A stretch of DNA of 62,260 nt, counting the filler. It is 4 parts of 4 records of this genome, joined end to end, with 100 filler letters (N's around TTAATTAATTAA, not from the genome) between each part and the next. Parts side by side here need not be neighbours in the genome. Positions count along the whole stretch, not along the records: positions 17,059 to 40,678 come from DRR723986_6656; 3 more parts are not named here. One strand, written 5' to 3'. Of the stretch, positions 20,591-29,648 are shown piece by piece (the stretch's first letter is position 1; every line of letters starts with the position of its first letter). The notes under the pieces are model-generated. The model was given only the letters and a program-made list of their open reading frames with translations. It had not been told where the DNA came from and did not search any database. Both the position numbers and the translations under genes were made by a program.

Positions 20591-22579
20591 TCAATGCGGC
20601 GTCAGGTCGACGAGAAACTCGCTCAGCGGCTCCACGCCCGACAGCCAAAGATGATCCCGGGCACGGGTCGCGGCGACGTACAACAGGTGCCGCTCGGTCG
20701 CGAGGATCTCGTCCAGCTGCGCCTCGTCCTGCGCCAGAAGGACACGGTCCTGATCCGGAAGGACATCCTGATCCAAGGCGATTACCGCCACGGCGCGGAA
20801 TTCGGATCCCTTGGCTTCATGCATCGGCAACACCGAGCATCCGTCGGGAAATGCCCCGCGCAGGGCAGCGGCCATCTGCGGTTGGCGGACCAAGACGGCC
20901 ATCTGTTCCACGGGAACGCCGTCTTCCTGCACGCGCTTCAACCATAGCGCGGCCGCTTCGATTTCGGTTCTCCGGCTCGCAAAGGATCGGATCTCAGGTT
21001 GCGGCCCCTCGAAGACCGAAGTGATCCCGCTGCGGCTGTCCTCCGAACCGTCGGCCTCGACCAGTTTCTCAGGCAGGAGCTTGTCGCTTTGACGGCGGAT
21101 CTGATGAGAGGTCCGATAGTTGACCTTCAGGCTGCGCGACCGGCCCCGCAATTCGATCCCGGCCGCCGACCACGGGAACGGTGCCCGAAAGATGCGCTGC
21201 CCGATATCGCCGGCAAAGAACAAGCCGTTCGGGGCCTGCCCCAGAAGGTCACCCAGCAGCATGAGTTCTGCCACGGCGATGTCCTGCGCCTCGTCGACGA
21301 CGACATGCGTGTACGGCAGGTGGCCCGACGCACGCAGCGCATGGGCCATGCCCGATTGGGTGATGAGCCCTTCAGCCGCCAATGCTTCACGGACATCCGC
21401 GAAGACCGACCAGAGCGCCTCGCGGCGAGACGCGGCCAGCCGCAGCTTGCGGCCGAGGCGTGGCAGGTCACGATACCGATCGGCGTCCCGGATGTCCCAA
21501 GCGTCGATCACGAGCGACCACTCGTCCCACAGGAAGTCCGGATCGAGAGACACCCCATGCCGTGCCGCCGTTTCTGCCAGCAACCCGCGCACATGGTCGT
21601 CGCTGGCCAGCCGAGGGGGCTCCACGGTCTGCGCGTAAAGGTCCTTGACCTTCTCGGCCAAGGCCGCCACTTCGATCCGCGCCACGATGGCGTGCTCTGC
21701 CAATAGAGGCAACTTTGCCGCCAATCGCGCGGCGAGCGTCTTGTTGAATGTCGTCAGCAGCACCCGCGCCTGCGGATCGCGCGCCATACGGATCGCCCGG
21801 TGCAAGGCGACCACCGTCTTGCCCGTGCCTGCCGACCCGATCACCCGCGCCGGGCCGTTGAAATCGCGGCCCACATACTCCCGTTGCGCCGGGTGCAAGT
21901 AGACCGACCATTTCTCCCAAGGCGCGTCCAGCGCCGCGCGCAGCTCGGCGAGGTTTTCCATGGTGCGGAACCGGCGGCCCGCATCCGGATGCGCGAAGGG
22001 GTCGCCGCCCTGCTGCACCGGGGCCACTTCCGGGCGCACGCCTGTTGCTGCCTGCAACACCGCTTCCCCGGCCTCGGACGGCAGCCGCCCCGCGATATCC
22101 AGCACCGTATCCTCGGTTGCCTGCCGCACGGTGTCGAGCCAATCCTCCGGCACGCCCCAGGACAAGAGCGTCTCGTCGCTCTCGCCCTCGAACAGCCGCG
22201 GCATCCGGATCGCTTCCTGCACATAGTGCTGGATCGTGATTTCCTCGACTGTCTCGCGGATCTCGACGATCTGCGCGGCACCGGTGCGCGGATGGGTGTC
22301 GATCCGCCGCGTCTCTGCCCATCTGTAGGCCGCGTCATGGTGGGCGACATAGGCCAGCAGCGTCGCGCCCTCCTGCTTGTGCAGCACCATGCGGATGTCG
22401 CGGTTCACCCGCGCGGTCCAGAAATGCGGATCGCGCGCTTGGTCGACCCGGTGCATCTTGAACCCGGGATTGTCCGGGTTCATCTGCACGTCGAAGGCCG
22501 CGGTCTTGACCGCCTTCTGTTCCTGCGCGGTGAGTTTCGACAAGCTGTCGGAGAAGGTGTCGGCGATGCGGAAGGTCAT
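20591..22579 (-). CDS. UvrD-like SF1 helicase with N-terminal RelE-like domain
   Basis: GSAGTGKT, VVDEAQD, NYRT, KGSEF, YVAATRAR; N-terminal TFSDSLSKL...WTARVNRDIRMV. Confidence 0.85.
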   Translation of the reverse strand: MTFRIADTFSDSLSKLTAQEQKAVKTAAFDVQMNPDNPGFKMHRVDQARDPHFWTARVNRDIRMVLHKQEGATLLAYVAHHDAAYRWAETRRIDTHPRTGAAQIVEIRETVEEITIQHYVQEAIRMPRLFEGESDETLLSWGVPEDWLDTVRQATEDTVLDIAGRLPSEAGEAVLQAATGVRPEVAPVQQGGDPFAHPDAGRRFRTMENLAELRAALDAPWEKWSVYLHPAQREYVGRDFNGPARVIGSAGTGKTVVALHRAIRMARDPQARVLLTTFNKTLAARLAAKLPLLAEHAIVARIEVAALAEKVKDLYAQTVEPPRLASDDHVRGLLAETAARHGVSLDPDFLWDEWSLVIDAWDIRDADRYRDLPRLGRKLRLAASRREALWSVFADVREALAAEGLITQSGMAHALRASGHLPYTHVVVDEAQDIAVAELMLLGDLLGQAPNGLFFAGDIGQRIFRAPFPWSAAGIELRGRSRSLKVNYRTSHQIRRQSDKLLPEKLVEADGSEDSRSGITSVFEGPQPEIRSFASRRTEIEAAALWLKRVQEDGVPVEQMAVLVRQPQMAAALRGAFPDGCSVLPMHEAKGSEFRAVAVIALDQDVLPDQDRVLLAQDEAQLDEILATERHLLYVAATRARDHLWLSGVEPLSEFLVDLTPH

Positions 22580-22797
22580 TTCTCGACGACGTATTGAGCC
22601 AAGTTCATGCCTTTTCGGACTTCCGTCTGATAGCTTGCAGGCAAGCCGGCCTCTTCCACAATCTCCAAGATCGGGGCACCTTCCAAAGCGGCAACATATC
22701 TGATCCCAAACAAATGAATGGACACGGCCTTCCCAGTTGAAGGGTCATCGTACATTTCGCGCAAAGCGCTCGCCAATTCCTTAATCTTCATCGTCAA
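22576..22797 (-). CDS. Small HTH-like protein
   Basis: IHLFGIRY...AGLPASYQTEVRKGMNLAQYV; 4-nt overlaps with both neighbours; lower GC than flanks. Confidence 0.7.
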   Translation of the reverse strand: MTMKIKELASALREMYDDPSTGKAVSIHLFGIRYVAALEGAPILEIVEEAGLPASYQTEVRKGMNLAQYVVEK

Positions 22798-24350
22798 ACC
22801 CCCATCACCTTCATCACTTCATCCCCAAGGTGGTTGATCACCTTCACCGCGATCCGCCCCGACTTCGGCCTCGCGAACTTGCGCGACACCGTGCGCTTAA
22901 GCGATTCCCAGGCCTCCTCGTCCACTTCCCCCTTCAACGTCGTCTTCAGCTGTTTGTACGGGATCTCCGCCCCCGGGAAATACGCGTGGCGGACGAAGAA
23001 CGACTCCTCGTTGTAGTCCGTGTCGATGAACCAACAGGCGATGTCGTCCGGCTCCGAGGACACCACCTCCCCCGTCGCGGGTTTGAAGATGTCGACGCCT
23101 TTCAGCTCGACCCGCAACCCATCGCCGTCTTCCGTCACCACGATGTCCGGCTCGCCGAACACGACGAACAGGTTGCCGCCCCCGGCCTTCAAATCCCCAG
23201 ACATATGCAGGTCCGGGTTCATCCGGGCGTGCAGCACGCGGACGCGGCCCAGCTTGTGGAACTCGGAAACATGCGCGTCGAAGTTGAAGGCGCAGGCGAT
23301 CAGGATGTCGAAGCCCCCGTCGGCGGCCTCGCGCGCGGCGGCCACCAAATCCGCACGCTGCACCGTGCCGTATTCCGGGCCGACGAAGATCGCGGCCCGG
23401 CGTTCCTCCTCGCCCTCCATGTAGCGCCCCTCGGCGATGACGTAGTCGCCACCATAGCCGGGCGTCAGCGCGGTGAAGTCGATCTTGTCCGCCTTGTCGG
23501 ACTGCTGCACCCCGGCCTTCCCGAGGTTCTCGAGGATCGCGGTCACGTAGTTCTCGCGCTCCTGCGCATCGCGGGAGCGGACCCCCGAGGCCGCGTCGAC
23601 CTCCTCGATCAGCTCGCCGTATTCGTTCACCGCCTGCGTGCGGTGGGGCGAGAGGCTCTCGACGGTGAACGGCCCCGCGACGCGGACGCGCTTCTTGTCC
23701 TCGTAGGGCTTGTCGTAGAGGTACTCGTAATCCGCCTTGGCGGCGATGGAGGCGTCGATCTCCCTTTGCCGGGCGATGCGGGCGGTCCAAAAGGCGTCCA
23801 GAGCCTTGGTCGCGGCCTCGGGCCAGCCGTCCGGTGCCTCGCGCGGGACTTCCCATTCCATCAGCCCGCCTGCGGGGGCGGGTTCGCCGCTGGGCAGGCT
23901 CACCTCGCCACTGGCGGTGAAGTCGATCTTTTCGCCCTTGCGGCCGCCGGTTTCCACGGTGAAGGGCGTGGTGTGACCGGACAGCGCCGCGTTGAGGTCG
24001 GCCAGGGCATCCTCGACTGCGGGGTGCAGGTCGGCCCAGATCTGGTCGATCTCGGTGTTGTCGGCGATGGACTTCAGCGTGATATGCGGCACGCGGTTGT
24101 AGACGAAGCCGTGGCGGATGTCGTTGTAGGTCGGCGTGGTGGCGGGGGCGGAGCGGGTGACCTCGGCCTCCTTGCGCTGGCCGTCTTCGCTGTCGGCCAG
24201 CAGGTACCAGGGGTATTTCGCCCCCATGATCCGCGCGCGTGCCAAGGCGAGGGCCACGCGGGAGGTGTCGATGGTGATCCAGCGCCGCCCCCATTGCTCG
24301 GCGACGTAAGCCGTGGTGCCGGAGCCGCAGGTGAGGTCAATCGCCGACAT
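22794..24350 (-). CDS. Type III-like DNA methyltransferase (Mod), C-terminal half starting at motif I
   Basis: MSAI-DLTCGSGTTAYVAEQWGRRWITIDTS (SAM-binding motif I) plus long Mod C-terminal region ending IAVKVINHLGDEVMKV. Confidence 0.85.
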   Translation of the reverse strand: MSAIDLTCGSGTTAYVAEQWGRRWITIDTSRVALALARARIMGAKYPWYLLADSEDGQRKEAEVTRSAPATTPTYNDIRHGFVYNRVPHITLKSIADNTEIDQIWADLHPAVEDALADLNAALSGHTTPFTVETGGRKGEKIDFTASGEVSLPSGEPAPAGGLMEWEVPREAPDGWPEAATKALDAFWTARIARQREIDASIAAKADYEYLYDKPYEDKKRVRVAGPFTVESLSPHRTQAVNEYGELIEEVDAASGVRSRDAQERENYVTAILENLGKAGVQQSDKADKIDFTALTPGYGGDYVIAEGRYMEGEEERRAAIFVGPEYGTVQRADLVAAAREAADGGFDILIACAFNFDAHVSEFHKLGRVRVLHARMNPDLHMSGDLKAGGGNLFVVFGEPDIVVTEDGDGLRVELKGVDIFKPATGEVVSSEPDDIACWFIDTDYNEESFFVRHAYFPGAEIPYKQLKTTLKGEVDEEAWESLKRTVSRKFARPKSGRIAVKVINHLGDEVMKVMGV

Positions 24351-25281
24351 ATCGGTTCTCGCGATGCCACGATAGGAATTCTTCGGAAGCCGCCCATTCC
24401 GGGTTCACAGGCAAACGCATCTCCTTTCCATGAAGCCGACGATACTCATGGCCGTTGTTAAAGATCACCTTGACCTGAGGAGAAACGACGAAGCGGCGTC
24501 TCTCATCAAACGTCGCGAATCCGGCGTCGAAAACGCTGTGAATGTCCTTGCGAAGAAGGATACCATTCTGGATAGCGTGACTGCCACCCTGAGAAAATGG
24601 TTTGATGTGGGCCGCTTCAAGCGCGGGAGTAACGCGCGTTTCTGATAGAACGCACTCATTCTGATAGGCGCGAGCTACGTTTATCCTAAATGTACCCTGA
24701 CCGATGCGCGGCTTCACTGGAATCGGGCTACCATAGCCTGCCTGAGGTTCCGCCGACAGTCCGGGAAATGTATGACGTGGCGCAATCGCCTCCGAAAAGC
24801 CTCCGGCACGCTCTTCCAAATCCTGAAGAAGCTTCTGACCCACGACTGTCTCGGTAGAATAGGTCTTGCCTTGAACTATATTACCGGACCAATCCGATGG
24901 GGGAGAAAACCACAACTCTTCGGGAAAAAAGACATGATGGACCAAGACACGGACGCCGATGAAGGAATATTGATTGACATCAGGTGACTTGCGGATTGTG
25001 CGGATTTTCTGAACGAATGTACTCAGATCCGGCACGCCGTTGCCTTCGCCGAACGCTTCCCATGTCATGTTGATCTGCGCGTCGGCACTCGTCGTCAGCA
25101 CTCCGAAACCGCCGATTTTATTGTAGGGCGCTTTCAGCTTGAAGGCAAATATGCCCCCCTCGCCGACAGCCTTGAACGTCTGCGGCGTCGGCTTCCAAAA
25201 ATTGATTTCGGGAAGCTGCGGACGCTGTCTTAGATAGTCGAACCATTCCGTATCGGTCACTGCACAGAAAACATCCCTCAT
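24337..25281 (-). CDS. HNH endonuclease inserted inside mod
   Basis: CVLS...LEAAHIKP...NGILLRKDIHSVFDAG (HNH_2); N-terminal AVTDTEWF...INFW...FAFKLKAP domain; AT-richer than flanks; likely ATG at 25281. Confidence 0.88.
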   Translation of the reverse strand: MRDVFCAVTDTEWFDYLRQRPQLPEINFWKPTPQTFKAVGEGGIFAFKLKAPYNKIGGFGVLTTSADAQINMTWEAFGEGNGVPDLSTFVQKIRTIRKSPDVNQYSFIGVRVLVHHVFFPEELWFSPPSDWSGNIVQGKTYSTETVVGQKLLQDLEERAGGFSEAIAPRHTFPGLSAEPQAGYGSPIPVKPRIGQGTFRINVARAYQNECVLSETRVTPALEAAHIKPFSQGGSHAIQNGILLRKDIHSVFDAGFATFDERRRFVVSPQVKVIFNNGHEYRRLHGKEMRLPVNPEWAASEEFLSWHRENRYVGD

Positions 25282-25282
25282 C

Positions 25283-25804
25283 TCAATACCCTGCACTGAT
25301 GCCATAGGGCGGGTCGATGTAGATCGCCTGCACCTGGCCTTTCAGCCCTTCGCGTTCCGCGAGGCTCGCCATGACCTGCAAGCCGTCACCGAGGATCATC
25401 CGGTTCGACCACTTGCGGTGGTGGCGGTAGAACTCGATCTCCGCCTCGTGGTCCTCGTCCGACAGGCCGAAGTGATCGAACAGGTCCACCCCCGCGCCTT
25501 CGCCGTTGCGGGCATTGCCGCGGCGCAGGTCCTCGATGATGGCCTTGGGGTGCACCTGCTCCTGCAGGTAGATCGGCGGCGCGTCGACGGTGACAGCGGC
25601 CGCGTCGATATCCTTGCCGCGCCAGATCAGCTGCGGATCGAGGTCCGGGCTACGCTGTTCATAGGCCACCATGATCGGCTTGGCATCCTCCGGGTCCATC
25701 ATCGGCGCCAGTTCCGGCGTGGGAATGTTCACGCGCTCCTCGGCATGGGTGATTGGGTCGATGCGGGTGCTTGCCTGCGGGGAGGCGGAGGGTTTGTCGG
25801 TCAT
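25283..25804 (-). CDS. Type III-like DNA methyltransferase (Mod), N-terminal half ending just after motif IV
   Basis: DPQLIWRGKD, WSNRMILGDGLQVMASL...IYIDPPYGI followed by SAGY-stop. Confidence 0.85.
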   Translation of the reverse strand: MTDKPSASPQASTRIDPITHAEERVNIPTPELAPMMDPEDAKPIMVAYEQRSPDLDPQLIWRGKDIDAAAVTVDAPPIYLQEQVHPKAIIEDLRRGNARNGEGAGVDLFDHFGLSDEDHEAEIEFYRHHRKWSNRMILGDGLQVMASLAEREGLKGQVQAIYIDPPYGISAGY

Positions 25805-25807
25805 TGG

Positions 25808-26119
25808 TCAGCCCAGAAAAAGAAAGATGACAATCAGCAGCGGCAGGATCGTTACAGCAAAGCTTACGGCGGCGGGCACCACGATTGCGATGAATTGGGA
25901 CAAGGCTGCGAGGATGATAAAAGTGTCGCGCAAGCCGCGCCCGATCTGCGGCAGCGCGGCATTCGCCGCCGCCCTGACATGCAGAAAGGTGTCCACGACC
26001 CGGGACATGCCACTGGCCAGACGGGCGCGGCGACGGTCGCCGCCTTCGGTCAGGGCCCGGCGCAGGTCGTATTCCGCCGTCAGGTCAGGGTCGTTGAGAT
26101 GCGAAGGGTCGGGTCTCAT
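25808..26119 (-). CDS. Small hypothetical membrane protein
   Basis: ATGA overlap with res stop; hydrophobic C-terminal half (about two TM helices). Confidence 0.55.
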   Translation of the reverse strand: MRPDPSHLNDPDLTAEYDLRRALTEGGDRRRARLASGMSRVVDTFLHVRAAANAALPQIGRGLRDTFIILAALSQFIAIVVPAAVSFAVTILPLLIVIFLFLG

Positions 26120-29100
26120 GCCGGGATCTTTCCGAGCATGTCGTCGATCGCCCGATCCAGGTCCGGGCCGAAGTCGTGCACCGCGCGCAGCTCGGCAAAG
26201 CCCCAGCGGCCAAAGCGTTTGAGGGAGTTGACCCCGGGGACCCACTTGGTCTGCATCGCGGTGGCCTTGAGCATGGCGTCATGGTCGCGCATGCCCTTCA
26301 CCTCGACCACAAGCGTCGTCGGTTCCGGCGCGTCGAGCCGCAGCAGGAAATCCGGGCGGTACATGTGCTGTTCGCCGTCCTTGAGGTAGGGCACTTCGAA
26401 GCCGAGGTTGTGGTTCTTGGCATAGGCGAGGACGGCGGGGTGCTGCTCTATCTTCGCGGCCAGCTTGTCCTCCCAACCGCTGTCCGTGACGATCCAGTTC
26501 ACGTGGGATTTCAGCGGGCTGGCGGCGTAGCGCGTCGCCTTCGAGGTGGTGAAGTTGACGTCCATGGTGGATCCCATGGGTGTGTAGGGATCGAGGACGG
26601 CGCGGATGACGCTGTCGCCCCGTGGCTTGTCGATGAGCGCGCCGAGGATGATGTCGCAGACCTCGTCGGTCAACTGGCGGTAGAGGAGCTGCGCCTCTAT
26701 CGTGCCGCCCTTGAGGACGAGATGCCCTTCGTTCAGCCACTGGTTCGCGAGGCGCTTGGCTGCCGGGAAGAGGTGCATCTTCGGCTGGTCATTCGCGTCG
26801 CGCAGCTTGTCGAAGACCATGTGCTTGGCGATATGCGTGGCGATCGTAGAGCGGCGCTGCGACTTCAGATAGTCGAGCGTCAGCAGTTCCTCGGCGCCCA
26901 CGATGCCTTGCATGGTGACTTCGGTGGCGTGGACCTTCTCCGGTGTGAGGACGTATTGCTCGAGGCCGGAAAAATCTGCTTCCAGCCGGTCGGGCGGGAT
27001 GTCGGCGACATAGCCCTGCACGCGCGGGAAGGTGATTTCCAAGTGGTCCCGCTGTGGCGAAACGGCGTGGACGGCGATCACGTCGCGCGGCTTCTGTGGC
27101 GGGGCTGTGCGCGGCTGGTCGGAGAAGTTCAGCCCGTCGATGCCCATGATATCGGCGTACTCGGTGGCGAAGTGGCCGGTTTCCGGGTCGATTTCGTAGG
27201 ACAGTCGACGCAGGGCGCGTCCGATCACCTGTTCGCAGATCAGTTGCGTGCCAAAGGCCCGCAGGCCGAGAATGTGGGTGACGTTGTTGGCGTCCCATCC
27301 TTCGGTGAGCATCGAGACGGAGACGACGCAGCGCACCTGTTCGCCCAGTTTGCCCTTGCGCCCGACGGTGTTCATGACCTCGCGCAGGATGTCGCCGTCC
27401 GTCAGGCCCTCGGCGCCCATGCCACGCTCGGCCTGCTCTCGACGGAAGGCCTCGATTTCCTCCGCATGGGCATCGCGGAACGACTTGTCGATGTCGCCGC
27501 CCGCCTCCAACGTCGCGCTGTCGATCAGCACCGTGCGCGGGCGCGGCAGGCGATCATCGTCCGAGGAAAAGTTCGAGAACAGCGGGCAATGGCCCTTTCG
27601 GACCTCGATCATGCCGTTCGCATCCTCGATCTCGTAGCCCGCCATGTAGTCGCGCAGCAACTCCGAGTTCGTCGTGTTGTTGCAGACCACGATGAAGACC
27701 GGCGGGATACCGACCTTCTCGGCCTCCCAGAGCTTGAAGGTCTTCTCGTAGTGACCATAGAGCGCGTCGATGGCGGTCTTCAGTTCCAGCGGCAGCTTCT
27801 GCGGATCCAGCCGGGTCTCGCCGCGCGCCTTCTTCGGCATCTTCTTCCCGATGGCCTTCCAGAGGTTGCGATACAGCGGCGCCGGTTGTCCCGGCATGTT
27901 GTCCGCCACCGGAACGCGCGGCAGCTTGACGATGCCGCATTCGATCGCGTCCATCAGCGAGAAGTCCGAGACCACCCAGGGAAACAGCGTACCCTCCTGC
28001 CAGCCGGAGCCGGACAGGAAGAACGGTGTCGCCGAAAGGTCATAGACCGTACGCACCTTCAGCTTGCGCTTGGCGGCCTCGAGGCCAGAAATCCACAACC
28101 GGGCCGCCTCTCGGTTTTCCTCGGCCTCCTTGCGCTCGTCGCCGGTCAGCTTTGGCGCGTTCGGATCTTCGCGCTCGCGGTAACAGTGATGTGCCTCGTC
28201 GTTGATGACGGTGATGGCCCCGGCCCCCATGAGTTCCGGCATGACGCGTTGCAGCATCTGGCCTTCGCTTTCCAGCGTCTTCACCTCGTCGCCATGACCT
28301 TCGAGCGCGGCACGCGTGCCCTTTGCCAGGCTGACCCGCTCCCGCAGCTTGAAGGCATGGTAATTCGTCAGCACGATCCGGGCGCGGTTCATGTCCTGCA
28401 GCATGTCCTGCGGCACGAGGTTGCGGGTCCGGTAGTAGCTGTCCGCATCGTTGGGCAGCAGGACGCGCAACCGGTCCTTGATGGTGATGCCCGGGGTCAC
28501 GATCAGGAACCCGGTACCGAAGGCCTTGGAATTCGGGCTGCGCACGGCATTCAGGACCTGCCAGGCGATCAGCATCGCCATGACAGTCGTCTTGCCGGCG
28601 CCGGTCGCCAGCTTCATGGCGATGCGGAAGAGTTCAGGGTTTGCCTCGGCATTTGCTGCTTCGAGACGCGCCTGGAACCGCTGGCCACGGGCCTTGTTCT
28701 TCGGCGCAACCTCGGCCAGCCAGATGGCGGTTTCGACTGCCTCCAACTGGCAGAAGAAAGGGCGAATCCGCTGAGCCGGGTCCTTCTGGATCGCGCGCCA
28801 GTGCTGCAGCAGGCGTTGCGTCACCGGGCTGACCTGCCATTGAGCCGGGTTGGGCAGGCTGCGCCAGGTTTCCACCTCGCGCCGGATCTCGTTCACCGTT
28901 TCGGTCGGGTTGTATTCGAAAGCCTGCCCCGTCAGCCGCCCGGTGCTGAGATCCATGCTTTCCTGGGCCGCACCCGCCGTCTTGCTCTTGGCCTGCGGCA
29001 TTGCAGAGATCAGATCCGAACGCCTGCGCCTTTCGAGAACCGTATCGGTGGGATGGCCGCCCTTGGCCATTTCCCAATGCCGATCGGGTGCGAAATATGG

Positions 29101-29133
29101 GGAGTTGAGAATTGGATCGTCGAAAAAACTCAT
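26116..29133 (-). CDS. res: Type III-like restriction subunit (SF2 helicase + PD-(D/E)xK; BPTD_3080-like family)
   Basis: MSFFDDPILNSPY, LATGAGKT, NDEAHHCY, MLTEGWD, YRPDF...VEVKG. Confidence 0.9.
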   Translation of the reverse strand: MSFFDDPILNSPYFAPDRHWEMAKGGHPTDTVLERRRRSDLISAMPQAKSKTAGAAQESMDLSTGRLTGQAFEYNPTETVNEIRREVETWRSLPNPAQWQVSPVTQRLLQHWRAIQKDPAQRIRPFFCQLEAVETAIWLAEVAPKNKARGQRFQARLEAANAEANPELFRIAMKLATGAGKTTVMAMLIAWQVLNAVRSPNSKAFGTGFLIVTPGITIKDRLRVLLPNDADSYYRTRNLVPQDMLQDMNRARIVLTNYHAFKLRERVSLAKGTRAALEGHGDEVKTLESEGQMLQRVMPELMGAGAITVINDEAHHCYREREDPNAPKLTGDERKEAEENREAARLWISGLEAAKRKLKVRTVYDLSATPFFLSGSGWQEGTLFPWVVSDFSLMDAIECGIVKLPRVPVADNMPGQPAPLYRNLWKAIGKKMPKKARGETRLDPQKLPLELKTAIDALYGHYEKTFKLWEAEKVGIPPVFIVVCNNTTNSELLRDYMAGYEIEDANGMIEVRKGHCPLFSNFSSDDDRLPRPRTVLIDSATLEAGGDIDKSFRDAHAEEIEAFRREQAERGMGAEGLTDGDILREVMNTVGRKGKLGEQVRCVVSVSMLTEGWDANNVTHILGLRAFGTQLICEQVIGRALRRLSYEIDPETGHFATEYADIMGIDGLNFSDQPRTAPPQKPRDVIAVHAVSPQRDHLEITFPRVQGYVADIPPDRLEADFSGLEQYVLTPEKVHATEVTMQGIVGAEELLTLDYLKSQRRSTIATHIAKHMVFDKLRDANDQPKMHLFPAAKRLANQWLNEGHLVLKGGTIEAQLLYRQLTDEVCDIILGALIDKPRGDSVIRAVLDPYTPMGSTMDVNFTTSKATRYAASPLKSHVNWIVTDSGWEDKLAAKIEQHPAVLAYAKNHNLGFEVPYLKDGEQHMYRPDFLLRLDAPEPTTLVVEVKGMRDHDAMLKATAMQTKWVPGVNSLKRFGRWGFAELRAVHDFGPDLDRAIDDMLGKIPA

Positions 29134-29254
29134 GTTTGCCCTCAATATCGCGAAGTATACCAGCATCGACCATTCGTCACGGTGTAGCCGCCGGGGCCAC
29201 CCGATCATTCTTCGACTGGTTAGACAACCGTTCCTGACGCAGTTCAATCCAAAG

Positions 29255-29273
29255 CGTGGCGGAAACTGTCACC
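29255..29273. promoter_or_regulatory. Putative WYL/DriD-type operator box 1
   Basis: CGTGGC-GGAAACT-GTCACC. Confidence 0.55.
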
Positions 29274-29533
29274 TATCGGAACCCAGTGTTGCATCCGGCT
29301 CACGCAGGACCGAACAACCTTCGGGAAAGCGGCGAGTCTCGGTCGACGCCAAAACGGCGCCGTCCTCTTCTTCCATCTTGGTGCAGGCTCACGGAGCCCC
29401 AAAAGACCGATAGATCGCAAGCCGCTTTCCAAAAACGATCTTTCGAGCCATTCTCCACCAGACGTCGCCGCCCAGCAAGAGATCGAAGATGCCTGGACAT
29501 AAAATCATGGTTTCGTCATGGTTGCATCGAAAG

Positions 29534-29552
29534 GGTGACACTTTTCGCCACG
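29534..29552. promoter_or_regulatory. Putative WYL/DriD-type operator box 2 (inverted copy of box 1)
   Basis: GGTGAC-ACTTTTC-GCCACG; 17/19 identical to the reverse complement of box 1. Confidence 0.55.
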
Positions 29553-29648
29553 GATAACTGTTAACTGTGTTTGGACACCGGCTTGGTGCCCCCCTCCGCA
29601 AATACCATCAAACCCTAGACCAACAGCAATTCATTCCAAATTCCGCAG

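Noticed and set aside
24337-25297. Group I intron, intein or homing-endonuclease insertion in mod
   Set aside because: The HNH ORF fills the insert, leaving no room for a ribozyme, and is out of frame with the Mod halves. Removing it would not restore Mod because the motif V-X/TRD segment is missing, so this is a replacement, not an insertion.
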